DNA of 64,000 bases from NCBI GenBank assembly GCA_024655885.1, contig JANLFN010000005.1, positions 116,007 through 180,006 on the forward strand. Reading direction: 5' to 3'. This document shows positions 53,998 through 63,949 of the stretch, one piece after another. Made by a program: the position numbers and the translations under genes. Each line of letters begins with the position of its first letter. The first letter of the stretch is position 1. The DNA is from Eubacteriales bacterium. Its GTDB lineage: Bacteria > Bacillota > Clostridia > Acetivibrionales > JANLFN01. The notes under the pieces were generated by a model. The model was not told the DNA's origin. It searched no databases and saw only the letters and a program-made list of their open reading frames with translations.

Positions 53998-55110
53998 ATG
54001 GTTGAATACGAAAGAACATTAAGAAAAATGTCTGTGGGGGATATACTGGATTATTCCCTGGAGGTTTACAAAAAAGACTTTAAAAAGCTGACACTTCTGG
54101 CTCTGATATTTTATGTCCCGTTTATGGTCCTGTATACAGCCGTTGTGAGCTATGTGTCGGGGGAACTTCTGAACTCCGCCGAGGTAAAAGGGGCTACGGT
54201 TTTCCACTCCTTCCACTTCCTCAAAAGCTTTTCTGGTCTTGCGGTTTTCGGCGCAAACGGTATAAACCGGTATCCCGGCAGTCCGGGAGAGTTTACCTAT
54301 ATGCTTTTAGCTTATTATCTGGTGCTCCTTTTGGTAAGTCTTGTGTATTTCGCATACACAATCACGCTGAAACCTGTGATGGACACGGCCATAATCAAAA
54401 TTGTGTACGCCGATGTCGTATACGGCCGGGAGCAGGGATTGAAGGAGACAGTCAGGGAGGCTTTTAAAAGGTTTCCAAGGCTGGTTGCCAATAGGCTGCT
54501 CTATGGGCTTATTGTATTTGGGGCTTTCCTGGGCGTGTATATTCTCTTTATAGTTTTTTTTGTAGTTTTGCTTCTGAGTTCATCTGCATGGCTTTTAAGC
54601 GGAGTGTTTTCGCGGCCCGCTGGCCCAGTGGGAAATGTAGCGCTGGCTATGGGCATTTCTGTTGTCGTGCTTGTTGTAATCATGGCCATGGGCTTGTTTG
54701 TGGCTTTTTTTGCCCTTAAGTTCGGATTCGGCCTGCAGGCTGTTGTAATTGAAAATAAAGGGGCGGTGGAGGGGCTGTCGCGAAGCTGGAGATTGACAGG
54801 AAAAAATTTCTGGCATATTTTATTCAGCAGCCTTTTCGGCGCGTTATTATTTTTTACGGTGCCCGCCCTTTTGTCCGCAGGGGTGTCGGTGCTCATAGAG
54901 GTAAACAAGGCTTTGTACACCCTCCTGGCAACGGTTGTCCAGGTTGTGGCTTCCCTTGCATACCCCTACCTTACGGTCCTTATGACCATGGTGTTTATAA
55001 ACCTGAAGATAAAAAAGGAAGGCTTAGACCTGGAAGTGAAAGTGGATAAGCTGCTGGAAGCCCAGCAGGCGGAAGAACAAAAAGGACTGGAACTGGAAAA
55101 TGGTGAATAA
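53998..55110 (+). CDS. polytopic membrane protein (resembles the membrane domain found on some glycerophosphodiester phosphodiesterases), first gene of the MoxR operon
   Basis: 370 aa with ~7 hydrophobic spans. The 3' end overlaps the next gene. Confidence 0.6.
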   Translation: MVEYERTLRKMSVGDILDYSLEVYKKDFKKLTLLALIFYVPFMVLYTAVVSYVSGELLNSAEVKGATVFHSFHFLKSFSGLAVFGANGINRYPGSPGEFTYMLLAYYLVLLLVSLVYFAYTITLKPVMDTAIIKIVYADVVYGREQGLKETVREAFKRFPRLVANRLLYGLIVFGAFLGVYILFIVFFVVLLLSSSAWLLSGVFSRPAGPVGNVALAMGISVVVLVVIMAMGLFVAFFALKFGFGLQAVVIENKGAVEGLSRSWRLTGKNFWHILFSSLFGALLFFTVPALLSAGVSVLIEVNKALYTLLATVVQVVASLAYPYLTVLMTMVFINLKIKKEGLDLEVKVDKLLEAQQAEEQKGLELENGE

Positions 55111-55870
55111 ACCCGTGCCCCGTCTCAGATATATAAAAAATAGGGCAATGCCCTTTCTGGCTGTTGTTGTAGCAATCTCTACGCTGTTTGTTTCCCATGC
55201 CCAGGATTTTGATATTTCCCGCGAACGGGAGATAAGGGATAAAATTCAGGGAATACTATCCTCTGGAGAGTTTTCGCCCCCGGGCGGGGACGCCGGGATA
55301 CTTAAAAGTATTGCGGACAGAATAAAGGATTTTGCAGACTGGTTGAAAAGCCAGGTAGACAAATTGAAACTGCCGGACAACCCAGCGGCAATCAACGGCA
55401 GGGAACTATCGGCCGCAGAATCCGCGGTCCTCAAAATAACCGGTATTTTTCTTATTTTAGCATTCATAGGGGCCATCTTTTATTTTATAAAGAGAAACCT
55501 GAGTTTGTCAAAAAACTTGAAGCAGAGGGAGGACAACCTCCTCCTTACCACCATAAAGGACTATAAATCGGTGGAACAGAGGGCTTTTCAACATTACCAG
55601 CGAGGGGAGTACAGGCTGGGCATAAGGTTTTTGTATATAGCCCTTTTATTGCGGTTCAACGAGGTGAACCTGATACGGATAAACAAGTCCAAAACCAACA
55701 GCCAGTATTTGAAGGAGCTCTTCGATTATGGGTTCGGCAGGTATGAGACGGTGCGGGACTTTACCCTGTTTTTCAATGAAAGCTGGTACGGGAACAGAGA
55801 GGTGGACAGGGAAAAATTTGAGTTCTGGCTTGAGAAATACAACTTCCTTTTAAAGGTGGTTGAAACATGA
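55100..55870 (+). CDS. DUF4129-domain membrane protein
   Basis: Signal/TM segment, a central TM span and a C-terminal YRLGIRFLYIALLLRF...T..QY...F...WYG pattern typical of DUF4129. Confidence 0.65.
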   Translation: MVNKPVPRLRYIKNRAMPFLAVVVAISTLFVSHAQDFDISREREIRDKIQGILSSGEFSPPGGDAGILKSIADRIKDFADWLKSQVDKLKLPDNPAAINGRELSAAESAVLKITGIFLILAFIGAIFYFIKRNLSLSKNLKQREDNLLLTTIKDYKSVEQRAFQHYQRGEYRLGIRFLYIALLLRFNEVNLIRINKSKTNSQYLKELFDYGFGRYETVRDFTLFFNESWYGNREVDREKFEFWLEKYNFLLKVVET

Positions 55871-56907
55871 AGGATGTAAAAGGGGTAGGAAGAATTTTAA
55901 AAAGGATGCTGGCTTATTTTTTTATCCTTGGAGCCATTCTCGCAGCGGCGCTGATCCTGTATGCTTTCAGAAGGGGAGATACAAAGCCCGAGTATACTAC
56001 ATTCAGCAGCGGGAATAACGGAGTAAAAGCCCTGTATCTTTTAACGGCGCAAATGGGGTATGATGTAAAACGCTACGAGAGCACCTCCAGATTTCTTCCC
56101 GACAAGGTTACGCTTGTAGCCGTTAAGCCGGACATGAACGTATTTAACGCCAGCGCTGAACGGCGGTATTTAAAGGAATGGCTTTCCAGGGGAAATGTCA
56201 TGATTATTATTGATACTGCGGGAGAGCTGTCCCAATACCGGCTTAAAGAATTTTCCGGGCTGGAGCCCACCTTTATGGAAGAGGAGGCCGGCGACCGGGT
56301 GTACAGCGTAGGAAAAGGATCACTGATATTTTTAAATAACGTGGAGAGTTACACAAATCAGGGATTGCATGGTTACCGGGCGGGTATAAGGTTTATCCGG
56401 ATACTGGACGGGTTAAAAAACAATGAGGTTCTTTTCGATGAGTATTACCACGGCTTCGGCCAATCCGGCCTTACCCTGTGGGACCTGCTGGGGGCGACGG
56501 GGCGGCTGGTGGTGCTGCAGATGGTTTTAGGGATTATGGTGCTGATGCTCTCAAAAGCGGGAAGATTGGGCAAGCCCGTAACGGTTTTGGAGCTGGTTAA
56601 GAGAAGGGAAAACGAGAACCTGTATGCGCTGTCCAACTTATATGTGAAGGCAAAGGCAAACGGCACCGTTCTTCAAATACTGCTGGACGATTTCAAGCGC
56701 GATCTGTCGAAGCTTTTGGGCTGTGACAGCAGTGCAGGGGACAGCGAATTGACGGGCGCTGTTTCGGAAAACAAAGGACTTAGTAAAATGAGGGTGGGAG
56801 AAATCCTGGAGGAATGCGGGGATTATATCCGCCGCGGAAGCAAAGATACCAGGCTGCTGTTTAAACTGGCGGGAAAACTGGACAGGACAAGAAAGGGGAT
56901 AAAATGA
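55867..56907 (+). CDS. DUF4350-domain protein
   Basis: An N-terminal TM span is followed by NGVKALYLLTAQMGYDV. It is translationally coupled on both sides (ATGA overlaps). Confidence 0.6.
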   Translation: MKDVKGVGRILKRMLAYFFILGAILAAALILYAFRRGDTKPEYTTFSSGNNGVKALYLLTAQMGYDVKRYESTSRFLPDKVTLVAVKPDMNVFNASAERRYLKEWLSRGNVMIIIDTAGELSQYRLKEFSGLEPTFMEEEAGDRVYSVGKGSLIFLNNVESYTNQGLHGYRAGIRFIRILDGLKNNEVLFDEYYHGFGQSGLTLWDLLGATGRLVVLQMVLGIMVLMLSKAGRLGKPVTVLELVKRRENENLYALSNLYVKAKANGTVLQILLDDFKRDLSKLLGCDSSAGDSELTGAVSENKGLSKMRVGEILEECGDYIRRGSKDTRLLFKLAGKLDRTRKGIK

Positions 56908-57884
56908 TGGATAACGGGAATACTGCCGTGGATACCGAATTTACAAGGAATTTAAGCAAACAGATCATTGATGAAGTATCAAAAGCTGTTGTAGGACAGT
57001 ATGAATTTATTGAGCAGCTGGTTGTGGTCCTTCTCACGGGAGGGCACGTATTGATCGAAGGTGTTCCGGGCTTGGCGAAAACCCTTGCGGCCAAAGCGAT
57101 TTCCAAAACCGTCAGGGCGGATTTCAAAAGGGTTCAATTCACTCCTGACTTGATGCCTGCGGATATCATGGGGACCAAGGTCTATGATACAAAATCGGGA
57201 AGCTTTTACCTGAGGAGGGGACCCCTCTTTACAAATATTTTTCTTGCAGACGAGGTCAACAGGACTCCGCCCAAAACCCAGGCCGCTCTCCTTGAATCCA
57301 TGGAGGAAAGGTCTATCACCATAGACGGAGAAACCCACAGCCTCCAGGAGCCGTTTATGGTTGTAGCGACTCAAAACCCTGTGGAGTACGAAGGTACCTA
57401 TCCGCTGCCGGAGGCCCAGCTGGACAGGTTTATGATGAAGCTCACGGTTGATTACATACCGCAGAAATTTGAAAATATTCTCCTGGAAAAATACAACTCC
57501 GGCTTCAGCAGCTCCAGGCTGGAAGATGCGGACATTCATGCCGTATGCGGTCTTGAAGAAATTGCCCGGTGCCGTGAGGAGATACAAAAGGTAGAAGTGA
57601 ACAGTGGAATCATAAATTATATAACTTCCATCATCCGGGCCACCAGAAATTCGCCGGCCCTGATGCTGGGAGCAAGCCCCAGGGCATCCATATCCCTGCT
57701 GCTGGCATCCAAGACCTTTGCGGCAATCCAGGGGAGAAGCTTTGTTGTCCCCGAGGATGTGAAAGACCTGGCCCTCCCGGTGTTGAGACACAGGGTCATA
57801 CTGAAGCCCGAAGCCGGGATGGACGGGCTCAGCAACGACGATATAATAAGGAATATCCTAAGTAAGGTGGAAGTGCCGAGATAA
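56904..57884 (+). CDS. MoxR-family AAA+ ATPase
   Basis: Walker A is GVPGLAKT and Walker B is IFLADEVNR. The VATQNPVEYEGTYPLPEAQLDRF motif is characteristic of MoxR. Confidence 0.92.
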   Translation: MMDNGNTAVDTEFTRNLSKQIIDEVSKAVVGQYEFIEQLVVVLLTGGHVLIEGVPGLAKTLAAKAISKTVRADFKRVQFTPDLMPADIMGTKVYDTKSGSFYLRRGPLFTNIFLADEVNRTPPKTQAALLESMEERSITIDGETHSLQEPFMVVATQNPVEYEGTYPLPEAQLDRFMMKLTVDYIPQKFENILLEKYNSGFSSSRLEDADIHAVCGLEEIARCREEIQKVEVNSGIINYITSIIRATRNSPALMLGASPRASISLLLASKTFAAIQGRSFVVPEDVKDLALPVLRHRVILKPEAGMDGLSNDDIIRNILSKVEVPR

Positions 57885-58036
57885 TAGGTTGCTGAGGACT
57901 AAGTGCTGAGAAGCTGAAGAAAGGATTGGGATTAAGGTTAAATGAAGTAAACATCTCAGCCTTGTGAAACAAGAGAATCAGCATTCGCAGTGCGAATATT
58001 CAGCCTTTATTGAATGAATAGTACGGAGGAGTGTAA

Positions 58037-59347
58037 ATGCCTTTCAGCAGGTTGTTTGTCATACTGGTTTTGGCGGGCGTAGTGCCGGTTCTTGCGGCAG
58101 GCATGCTGGGTGCGGCTTTTTATGCCTTTATCCTGTACAACGGAATACTTATACTGCTTTTGGCGGTGGATTGGATCATCACGCCTGGGGGAAAGGCCTT
58201 TGAGGTCCTGAGGGAATGCGATGAAAAGCTGTCACTGGGATGTGACAATAAAATCGTTATCAAAGTGAGAAACAACAGCGATTATTCTTTTAACCTTGAA
58301 CTGAGGGATACAGTACCCTTGTTTTTCAAAGTAAACAATTCTACGGTAAAAATCAAGGCGATTCCCCACCATGAAATTGACGGCAGGTATTCTGTCATTC
58401 CTGAAAAACGGGGAGAGTTCATTTTCGGGAATGTATACTGCCGATATGCCGGCCTGCTCAGTTTGTGCCGTAAAAGGGCGGAATTTGAGCTGGAACACAC
58501 CTGCAAGGTTTATCCCAACTTAAAGGACATGAGAAGGTTCAGGCTTGCAGCCTTGAAAAAAAGCCAGCTCTTGTACGGTGTGAAAAAAACAAAAGCCTAC
58601 GGCGAAGGCACCGAATTTGAGAGCCTCAGGGAGTACAGCCAGGGTGACGATTACAGGAAAATCAACTGGATGGCCACCGCCAGGGCCAATAAGCCCATAG
58701 TCAATACTTATACGCCGGAGAAAAACCAGCAGGTTTTTATACTGCTGGACAGCAGCAGGGTGATGAATTCCGAAATCAACTCCATAAAGAAGCTGGACTA
58801 CTCCATTAATTCCTCCTTCCTTCTGGCGGAGGTGGCCGTTAAAAACGGGGACAACACGGGACTGATGGTGTTTGACAGCGATGTGCGGAGGTTTATCAAG
58901 CCGGGCAAGGGGATGGGGCACTTTCGGCTGATCGCCGAAAACCTGTATAATGTGGAAGAAAATCTTGTAACGGCAGACTACAAGGGGGCCCTGGTCTACT
59001 TAAACCAGCGCCAGAAGAGAAGGAGCCTGCTCTGTATTTTTACCGAGCTTTTTAATGCGGAGGAGGCACTGCGCCTGGCAGAGGCTTTGAAAAGCCTGGC
59101 ACGGCATCACCTGCCCCTTGTGATCACCATAAAGGATATGAGGCTCTATGAACTGGCGGAAAAGGAACTGAAAGAGGCGGAGGACATATTCTTAAAAGCC
59201 GCTGCCCTCAAACTGCTGGAGGAGCGTGAAAAGATTGCCGGGATTTTCAGGAAATCGGGAATCCCTTCCATGGATGTGCCGCCGGATAAGCTCTCCATTG
59301 AAGTTGTAAACAAATATCTGACCATGAAGTCCACACTGCAGCTATAG
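58037..59347 (+). CDS. DUF58-domain protein (vWA-like partner of MoxR) with two N-terminal TM helices
   Basis: The signature LREYSQGDDYRKINWMATAR is present. GGAGGAG RBS. Confidence 0.85.
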   Translation: MPFSRLFVILVLAGVVPVLAAGMLGAAFYAFILYNGILILLLAVDWIITPGGKAFEVLRECDEKLSLGCDNKIVIKVRNNSDYSFNLELRDTVPLFFKVNNSTVKIKAIPHHEIDGRYSVIPEKRGEFIFGNVYCRYAGLLSLCRKRAEFELEHTCKVYPNLKDMRRFRLAALKKSQLLYGVKKTKAYGEGTEFESLREYSQGDDYRKINWMATARANKPIVNTYTPEKNQQVFILLDSSRVMNSEINSIKKLDYSINSSFLLAEVAVKNGDNTGLMVFDSDVRRFIKPGKGMGHFRLIAENLYNVEENLVTADYKGALVYLNQRQKRRSLLCIFTELFNAEEALRLAEALKSLARHHLPLVITIKDMRLYELAEKELKEAEDIFLKAAALKLLEEREKIAGIFRKSGIPSMDVPPDKLSIEVVNKYLTMKSTLQL

Positions 59348-60307
59348 GTTAATGCCGCTGTCCCTGTGCCTGACATTGCAGAACAGAATGTAAAATGCCA
59401 GCAGCGTTAGTGTAAAGAAGGCAAACAGCAGTTTCAATTCTTCGGAAACGGGCAAGGGGGTTACATAGCCCTCAATCAGGCCGGCTACGACAAATACGGG
59501 AATGGTGCCGCAGACAAGCTTTACGGCGGCCTTGCCTTTCATTATAAAGGAGTCCTTCCGGGTGTAAACCCCCGGGTTTATTATGGAGTAGCCTATCATG
59601 AGTCCGGCTGCGCCGCACACAAAGATGGCGAAGAGCTCAAGGATGCCGTGGGGAAGAATGAGGGACCAGAATCTCAGGCCCGCACCGCTGTGATAGGCCA
59701 TTGCGCCCACCCCTCCCAGGATGAAGCCGTTGTACACCAGCAGGAAGGCGGTTCCGGCCCCAAGGGTTACGCCAAGTGCGAAAGCCCCCAGTCCAACCCT
59801 TATGTTATTGGTGAAAATGTAGCTTGACATCACCGTCCCATCCCAGGAACCGGAGCCGCCTTCGCCGGATCCCATGCTGTTGAGGATCTCCTGGGGCAAA
59901 AAGGCCGCCGCATTATCCGGCGACATCATGGTATAGATAAAGCTGACCGCCGAACCCAGTAAAAAGATGAGAAAAGAAAGGACGATGTAGGTTTTATACT
60001 GTCTCAAGAGCAGGGGAAAATCCTTTAATAAAAACAGCTTCAGCCTGCGGAGACTTGAGGTTTTCGGCAAATAGATAAAGCTGTGGGCTGAAGCTATAAG
60101 CCTGTTTAAATAGCCGGTAGTGCCGGTATTCCCGTAGTAGGTGCGGCTGTAGGATAAATGCCCGCATACCCGGTTATAGGCGGTGATAAAGTCGTTGAGT
60201 TCGTTCCCTTCCAGCTGTCCTAAACCTCCGTTTTTCAGCCTGGCCAGGGTTATCTCCAAGTATTTCCACGTCTTTGAATTTTCCTGTATAAACCTGTCCT
60301 CTTTCAT
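59342..60307 (-). CDS. SpoIIM-like (DUF95) polytopic membrane protein
   Basis: The HGILELFAIFVCGAAG motif is present. The gene is convergent with the DUF58 gene, and the two 3' ends overlap by 6 nt. Confidence 0.75.
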   Translation of the reverse strand: MKEDRFIQENSKTWKYLEITLARLKNGGLGQLEGNELNDFITAYNRVCGHLSYSRTYYGNTGTTGYLNRLIASAHSFIYLPKTSSLRRLKLFLLKDFPLLLRQYKTYIVLSFLIFLLGSAVSFIYTMMSPDNAAAFLPQEILNSMGSGEGGSGSWDGTVMSSYIFTNNIRVGLGAFALGVTLGAGTAFLLVYNGFILGGVGAMAYHSGAGLRFWSLILPHGILELFAIFVCGAAGLMIGYSIINPGVYTRKDSFIMKGKAAVKLVCGTIPVFVVAGLIEGYVTPLPVSEELKLLFAFFTLTLLAFYILFCNVRHRDSGINL

Positions 60308-60450
60308 ACTCTCTCCAAAATCCTATTCTTTTGAAATCAGCTGATTATATAAATTATATTTTAACAAAAACTATTTTTTGATACAATAGATGAGGTGGGA
60401 GAGTGGAAATGTATTGGATGGATTATATTACGTAAAAAGGTGGATGGTTG

Positions 60451-61200
60451 ATGAGAAAAATACTTGAGATACCGACTCCGGAAAATGTCCATGTGGACTA
60501 TGAGCTTGCAGGCCTGGGTTCAAGATTTGTTGCCCTGATCATAGACCATCTAGTTCAAATAGGAATGCTTCTTCTGGTTCTTATGGCAATGCTGATGGGT
60601 GGGGTGGATTTTAAAAACGCAGGAGAATACAATTCAGTGGTTGTGGCACTGGGAATTATCCTGGCTTTCGTGGTTTTATCCGGCTATTTTATATTTTTTG
60701 AGATGATTATGAACGGACAGACTCCCGGCAAAAAGGTGATGAAGCTGAGGGTAATCAAACAGAACGGTGAGCCGGTAAGCTTTTTCGATTCGTTCCTGAG
60801 AAATATTCTCAGGATTGTCGATATGCTCCCTTCTTTATATCTTGTGGGAGCTTGTTTTATAGTGTTTACAAAGTATTATAAAAGAGTGGGGGATTTTGCG
60901 GGGAACACCGTGGTGGTAAAAGTAAGGAAGGAGGAGAAGCCGGCAGGCCTGGACACCTTGCTCTCCAAAACGCCCTATGGGGGTGAAGGGGCCGCAGTTC
61001 CCAATGTTTATCCGGTAAACGATTTTGAATATGGGATATTAAAGGAATTTTTAGCCAGGAAGGATGGACTGGGGGAAAGGAAGCCCGTCTTTGCCTATCA
61101 TTTAAACCGGTACTTTATGTGGAAGTTTGCCATGGAGAAACCTGCGGAGGACCCCTATGCGTTCTTTGAAGACATCCTGAGAATGAATTCCGGGATGTAG
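60451..61200 (+). CDS. RDD-family membrane protein
   Basis: AGLGSRFVALIIDHLV...GQTPGKKVMKLRV pattern; divergent from the SpoIIM-like gene. Confidence 0.8.
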   Translation: MRKILEIPTPENVHVDYELAGLGSRFVALIIDHLVQIGMLLLVLMAMLMGGVDFKNAGEYNSVVVALGIILAFVVLSGYFIFFEMIMNGQTPGKKVMKLRVIKQNGEPVSFFDSFLRNILRIVDMLPSLYLVGACFIVFTKYYKRVGDFAGNTVVVKVRKEEKPAGLDTLLSKTPYGGEGAAVPNVYPVNDFEYGILKEFLARKDGLGERKPVFAYHLNRYFMWKFAMEKPAEDPYAFFEDILRMNSGM

Positions 61201-61226
61201 AGAAGTTAAAAACCCACCCCCGGGTT

Positions 61227-61865
61227 TTATAAACGAAGAAATGCGATAATAATATTTAATATGAGCATGACGATGGGAGATAGGATATAAGAGGTTATAT
61301 TTGCGACAATTAAAATTAAAAGAATGATTGAACCATATCTTTCCAGTGTATCAATGATGTGATAGCTTGTTGCGGGAATCACGTTGGCAAGTATATGGAA
61401 CCCGTCCAGGGGTGGAACGGGGAGCAGGTTGAATATGGACAGCACCACGTTGATCCTTATTGTATAGAACAACAACAGGGATACATTGTTAAAAATCTTT
61501 TCGGACACGGTATAATTAGCGCTGTATACCAAAAAAAACTTGTATATCAATGCGAAGACAAGGGCCAGCAGGAGGTTGGTGAAAGGTCCGGCTATGGAAA
61601 TCAGGATATCGTCTCTTCTGGGGTGCTTCAGGTTTCTAGGATTGATTTGCACCGGCTTGGCCCAACCAAATCCTACAAGCATAATTAAGATGAAACCGAG
61701 TATGTCTATATGGGGCAAGGGAGAAAGAGTCAGCCTTCCCTGACTTCTCGGCGTAGGATCTCCCAGGCGGTCGGCGGCGTAGGCGTGGGCAAACTCATGC
61801 ATTGCCAGGCCGATGAGAATTCCGGGTGTTGTCAATAGTATTCTTAAGGGGTCTAAGTCAAACAT
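61227..61865 (-). CDS. site-2 protease family (M50) zinc metalloprotease
   Basis: HEFAHAYAA (the HExxH motif) and LLPVPPLDG motifs are present. ATG 61865 follows AAGGAG. Confidence 0.85.
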   Translation of the reverse strand: MFDLDPLRILLTTPGILIGLAMHEFAHAYAADRLGDPTPRSQGRLTLSPLPHIDILGFILIMLVGFGWAKPVQINPRNLKHPRRDDILISIAGPFTNLLLALVFALIYKFFLVYSANYTVSEKIFNNVSLLLFYTIRINVVLSIFNLLPVPPLDGFHILANVIPATSYHIIDTLERYGSIILLILIVANITSYILSPIVMLILNIIIAFLRL

Positions 61866-62055
61866 AATTTCTCCTTGATAAGTAATTGATAAAAATTTTA
61901 CCAGAAGAATCAATTTATGTCCAGTGCTTAAAATTGTATTAAGGAATCAACGAGTAGCTATACAAATTCCTCAACGGTTAATATTGTTGTAATTTTTCTA
62001 TTTAATATGCTATTATTATTACTAAAATAATGTGCGACTTGAGGAGCGTGAAGGC

Positions 62056-63042
62056 ATGAAAAAAGGTACTATCTTAAGTGGAATGAGGCCCACGGGGGCG
62101 CTGCACCTGGGAAATTATTTCGGAGCCCTGGAAAACTGGGTAAAGCTCCAGGACGACTACGACTGCTATTTTATGATCGCAGATTGGCATGCCCTTACCA
62201 CAGGCTATGAAGATACTTCACAAATTAAAAATAATATAGATGAAATTGTTATCGACTGGCTGAGCGCAGGGCTTGATCCCGAAAAGTGCACCATGTTCCT
62301 GCAGTCCAATGTGAAGCAGCATGCGGAACTGCACCTGTTGTTTTCCATGATTACACCGCTGTCATGGCTTTTCAGGTGCCCTACCTACAAGGAACAGCTT
62401 GCCCAGCTGAAGGACAAAAATATAACGAACTACGGTTTTTTAGGCTACCCGTGCCTGCAGGCCGCCGATATCCTGGTCTATAAAGCGGATGTGGTGCCTG
62501 TGGGAGAGGACCAGTTGCCCCACCTGGAGCTTACAAGGGAAATAGCCAGAAGGTTTAACTACATTTTTGGCCAGGTATTTCCCGAGCCTGCCCATTTGCT
62601 GACAAAAGCGAAAGTACTGCCGGGAACCGACGGAAGGAAGATGAGCAAAAGCTATGGAAACACCATCGCACTGTCGGACAGCCCGGATGAAGTGAGGAAA
62701 AAAGTGAGCGTGATGATCACCGACCCTGCGAGAATACGGAAGGATGACCCGGGCCACCCGGAAGTGTGTGCTGTGTATGCCTTCCACAAGGTTTTCAATG
62801 AGGAGGGGGCTGCCGAGACCGAAGAGCTGTGCAGGGGAGGGAAAATAGGCTGTGTGCAGTGCAAACGCAATCTTGCGGATAAAATGGTTCAGTACTTAAG
62901 TCCCATTTATGAAAGAAGACGGGCAATACTGGATAAACCGGGCCTGATCAGGGAGGTTATTGAAAGCGGCAGCGAAAGTGCGCGGAAAAAGGCGGAAAAG
63001 ACCATGGAAGAGGTAAGGACCGCAATGAAGATAGACTGGTAA
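62056..63042 (+). CDS. trpS: tryptophan--tRNA ligase
   Basis: Class I motifs GALHLGNY (HIGH-like) and KMSKS are present. ATG 62056 follows GAGGAG. Confidence 0.93.
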   Translation: MKKGTILSGMRPTGALHLGNYFGALENWVKLQDDYDCYFMIADWHALTTGYEDTSQIKNNIDEIVIDWLSAGLDPEKCTMFLQSNVKQHAELHLLFSMITPLSWLFRCPTYKEQLAQLKDKNITNYGFLGYPCLQAADILVYKADVVPVGEDQLPHLELTREIARRFNYIFGQVFPEPAHLLTKAKVLPGTDGRKMSKSYGNTIALSDSPDEVRKKVSVMITDPARIRKDDPGHPEVCAVYAFHKVFNEEGAAETEELCRGGKIGCVQCKRNLADKMVQYLSPIYERRRAILDKPGLIREVIESGSESARKKAEKTMEEVRTAMKIDW

Positions 63043-63080
63043 GCTTTGACCTTAACCTTTAATTTTTGCGGGGGTAAACT

Positions 63081-63851
63081 TTGGAAAGTTCGTTGACAAA
63101 AGCCTGCACCATAAAAATACAGAATTTTGAAGGACCCTTGGACTTATTGTTTCACCTTATAGAAAAAAACCAGTTCAATATATACGATATTCCCATCAAT
63201 GATATAACCGACCAGTATATGGAATATCTTTTTGTCGCGCAGAAGTTGGACCTGGAGATTGCCAGCGAGTTTCTGGTCATGGCCGCCACCCTCCTGCATA
63301 TCAAATCCAGACTGCTGCTGCCGGAGAAAAAGGAAAAAAGGGAGGAAGAGCCGGACCCGAGGGAAGAACTTGTAATCAGGCTTATGGAATACAAGAAGTA
63401 CAAGGAGTTTTCCGCCGTGCTCAAAGAGAGGGAAAAACAGTGGGCGACGGTCTATTATAAATTGCCTGAAGTGATGGAGTTCCATAGGGAAGAAGAGCCC
63501 CTGGAATTGTCGGTGGAAGAATTGAAAAGAGTCTATTTTGATCTGCTGAAAAAGAATATGAAAAAAGCAAGTCCTGATGCTCCAAAAATGGAGGAGATCG
63601 TACGCCAGGAAAAGGTTTCCCTTAAAGGCACAATGAGGGAAGTCGTAAGAGCTTTGCTGAATAGGACGTTTTTCAGGTTCACCGAGCTCTTCTCAATTAA
63701 GAAAAGGTCCAAGGCGGAAGTTGTGAGTGGATTCCTGGCTATTCTTGAGCTTTCCAAGCTTGACAGGGTCCGCCTTGAACAGGAGAAACAGCTTTCGGAA
63801 ATTCTGGTTTACAGGAACAGCACTGAAATAAAAGTATGGGAAGAGGACTAG
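63081..63851 (+). CDS. scpA: segregation and condensation protein A
   Basis: The N-terminus FEGPLDLLFHLIEKNQFNIYDIPINDITDQY is present. TTG start. Confidence 0.88.
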   Translation: MESSLTKACTIKIQNFEGPLDLLFHLIEKNQFNIYDIPINDITDQYMEYLFVAQKLDLEIASEFLVMAATLLHIKSRLLLPEKKEKREEEPDPREELVIRLMEYKKYKEFSAVLKEREKQWATVYYKLPEVMEFHREEEPLELSVEELKRVYFDLLKKNMKKASPDAPKMEEIVRQEKVSLKGTMREVVRALLNRTFFRFTELFSIKKRSKAEVVSGFLAILELSKLDRVRLEQEKQLSEILVYRNSTEIKVWEED

Positions 63852-63903
63852 TGGGCGGTAACGCATGTTATTCAGGGGATGCGGGCCGCAAATCAAGGAA
63901 GTG

Positions 63904-63949
63904 GTTTGTAACGCTTTGAATAGGTCTATGAAATTGAAGCGTTACAAAC
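63904..63949. repeat. 13-bp perfect hairpin (GTTTGTAACGCTT / AAGCGTTACAAAC, 20-nt loop) downstream of scpA
   Basis: Read directly. There is no adjacent T-run. Confidence 0.5.

Noticed and set aside
61914-62055. Possible T-box leader upstream of trpS
   Set aside because: The spacer is only ~140 nt. It has no Stem I/specifier features, no T-box consensus (AANNNGGGTGGTACCGCG) and no terminator.
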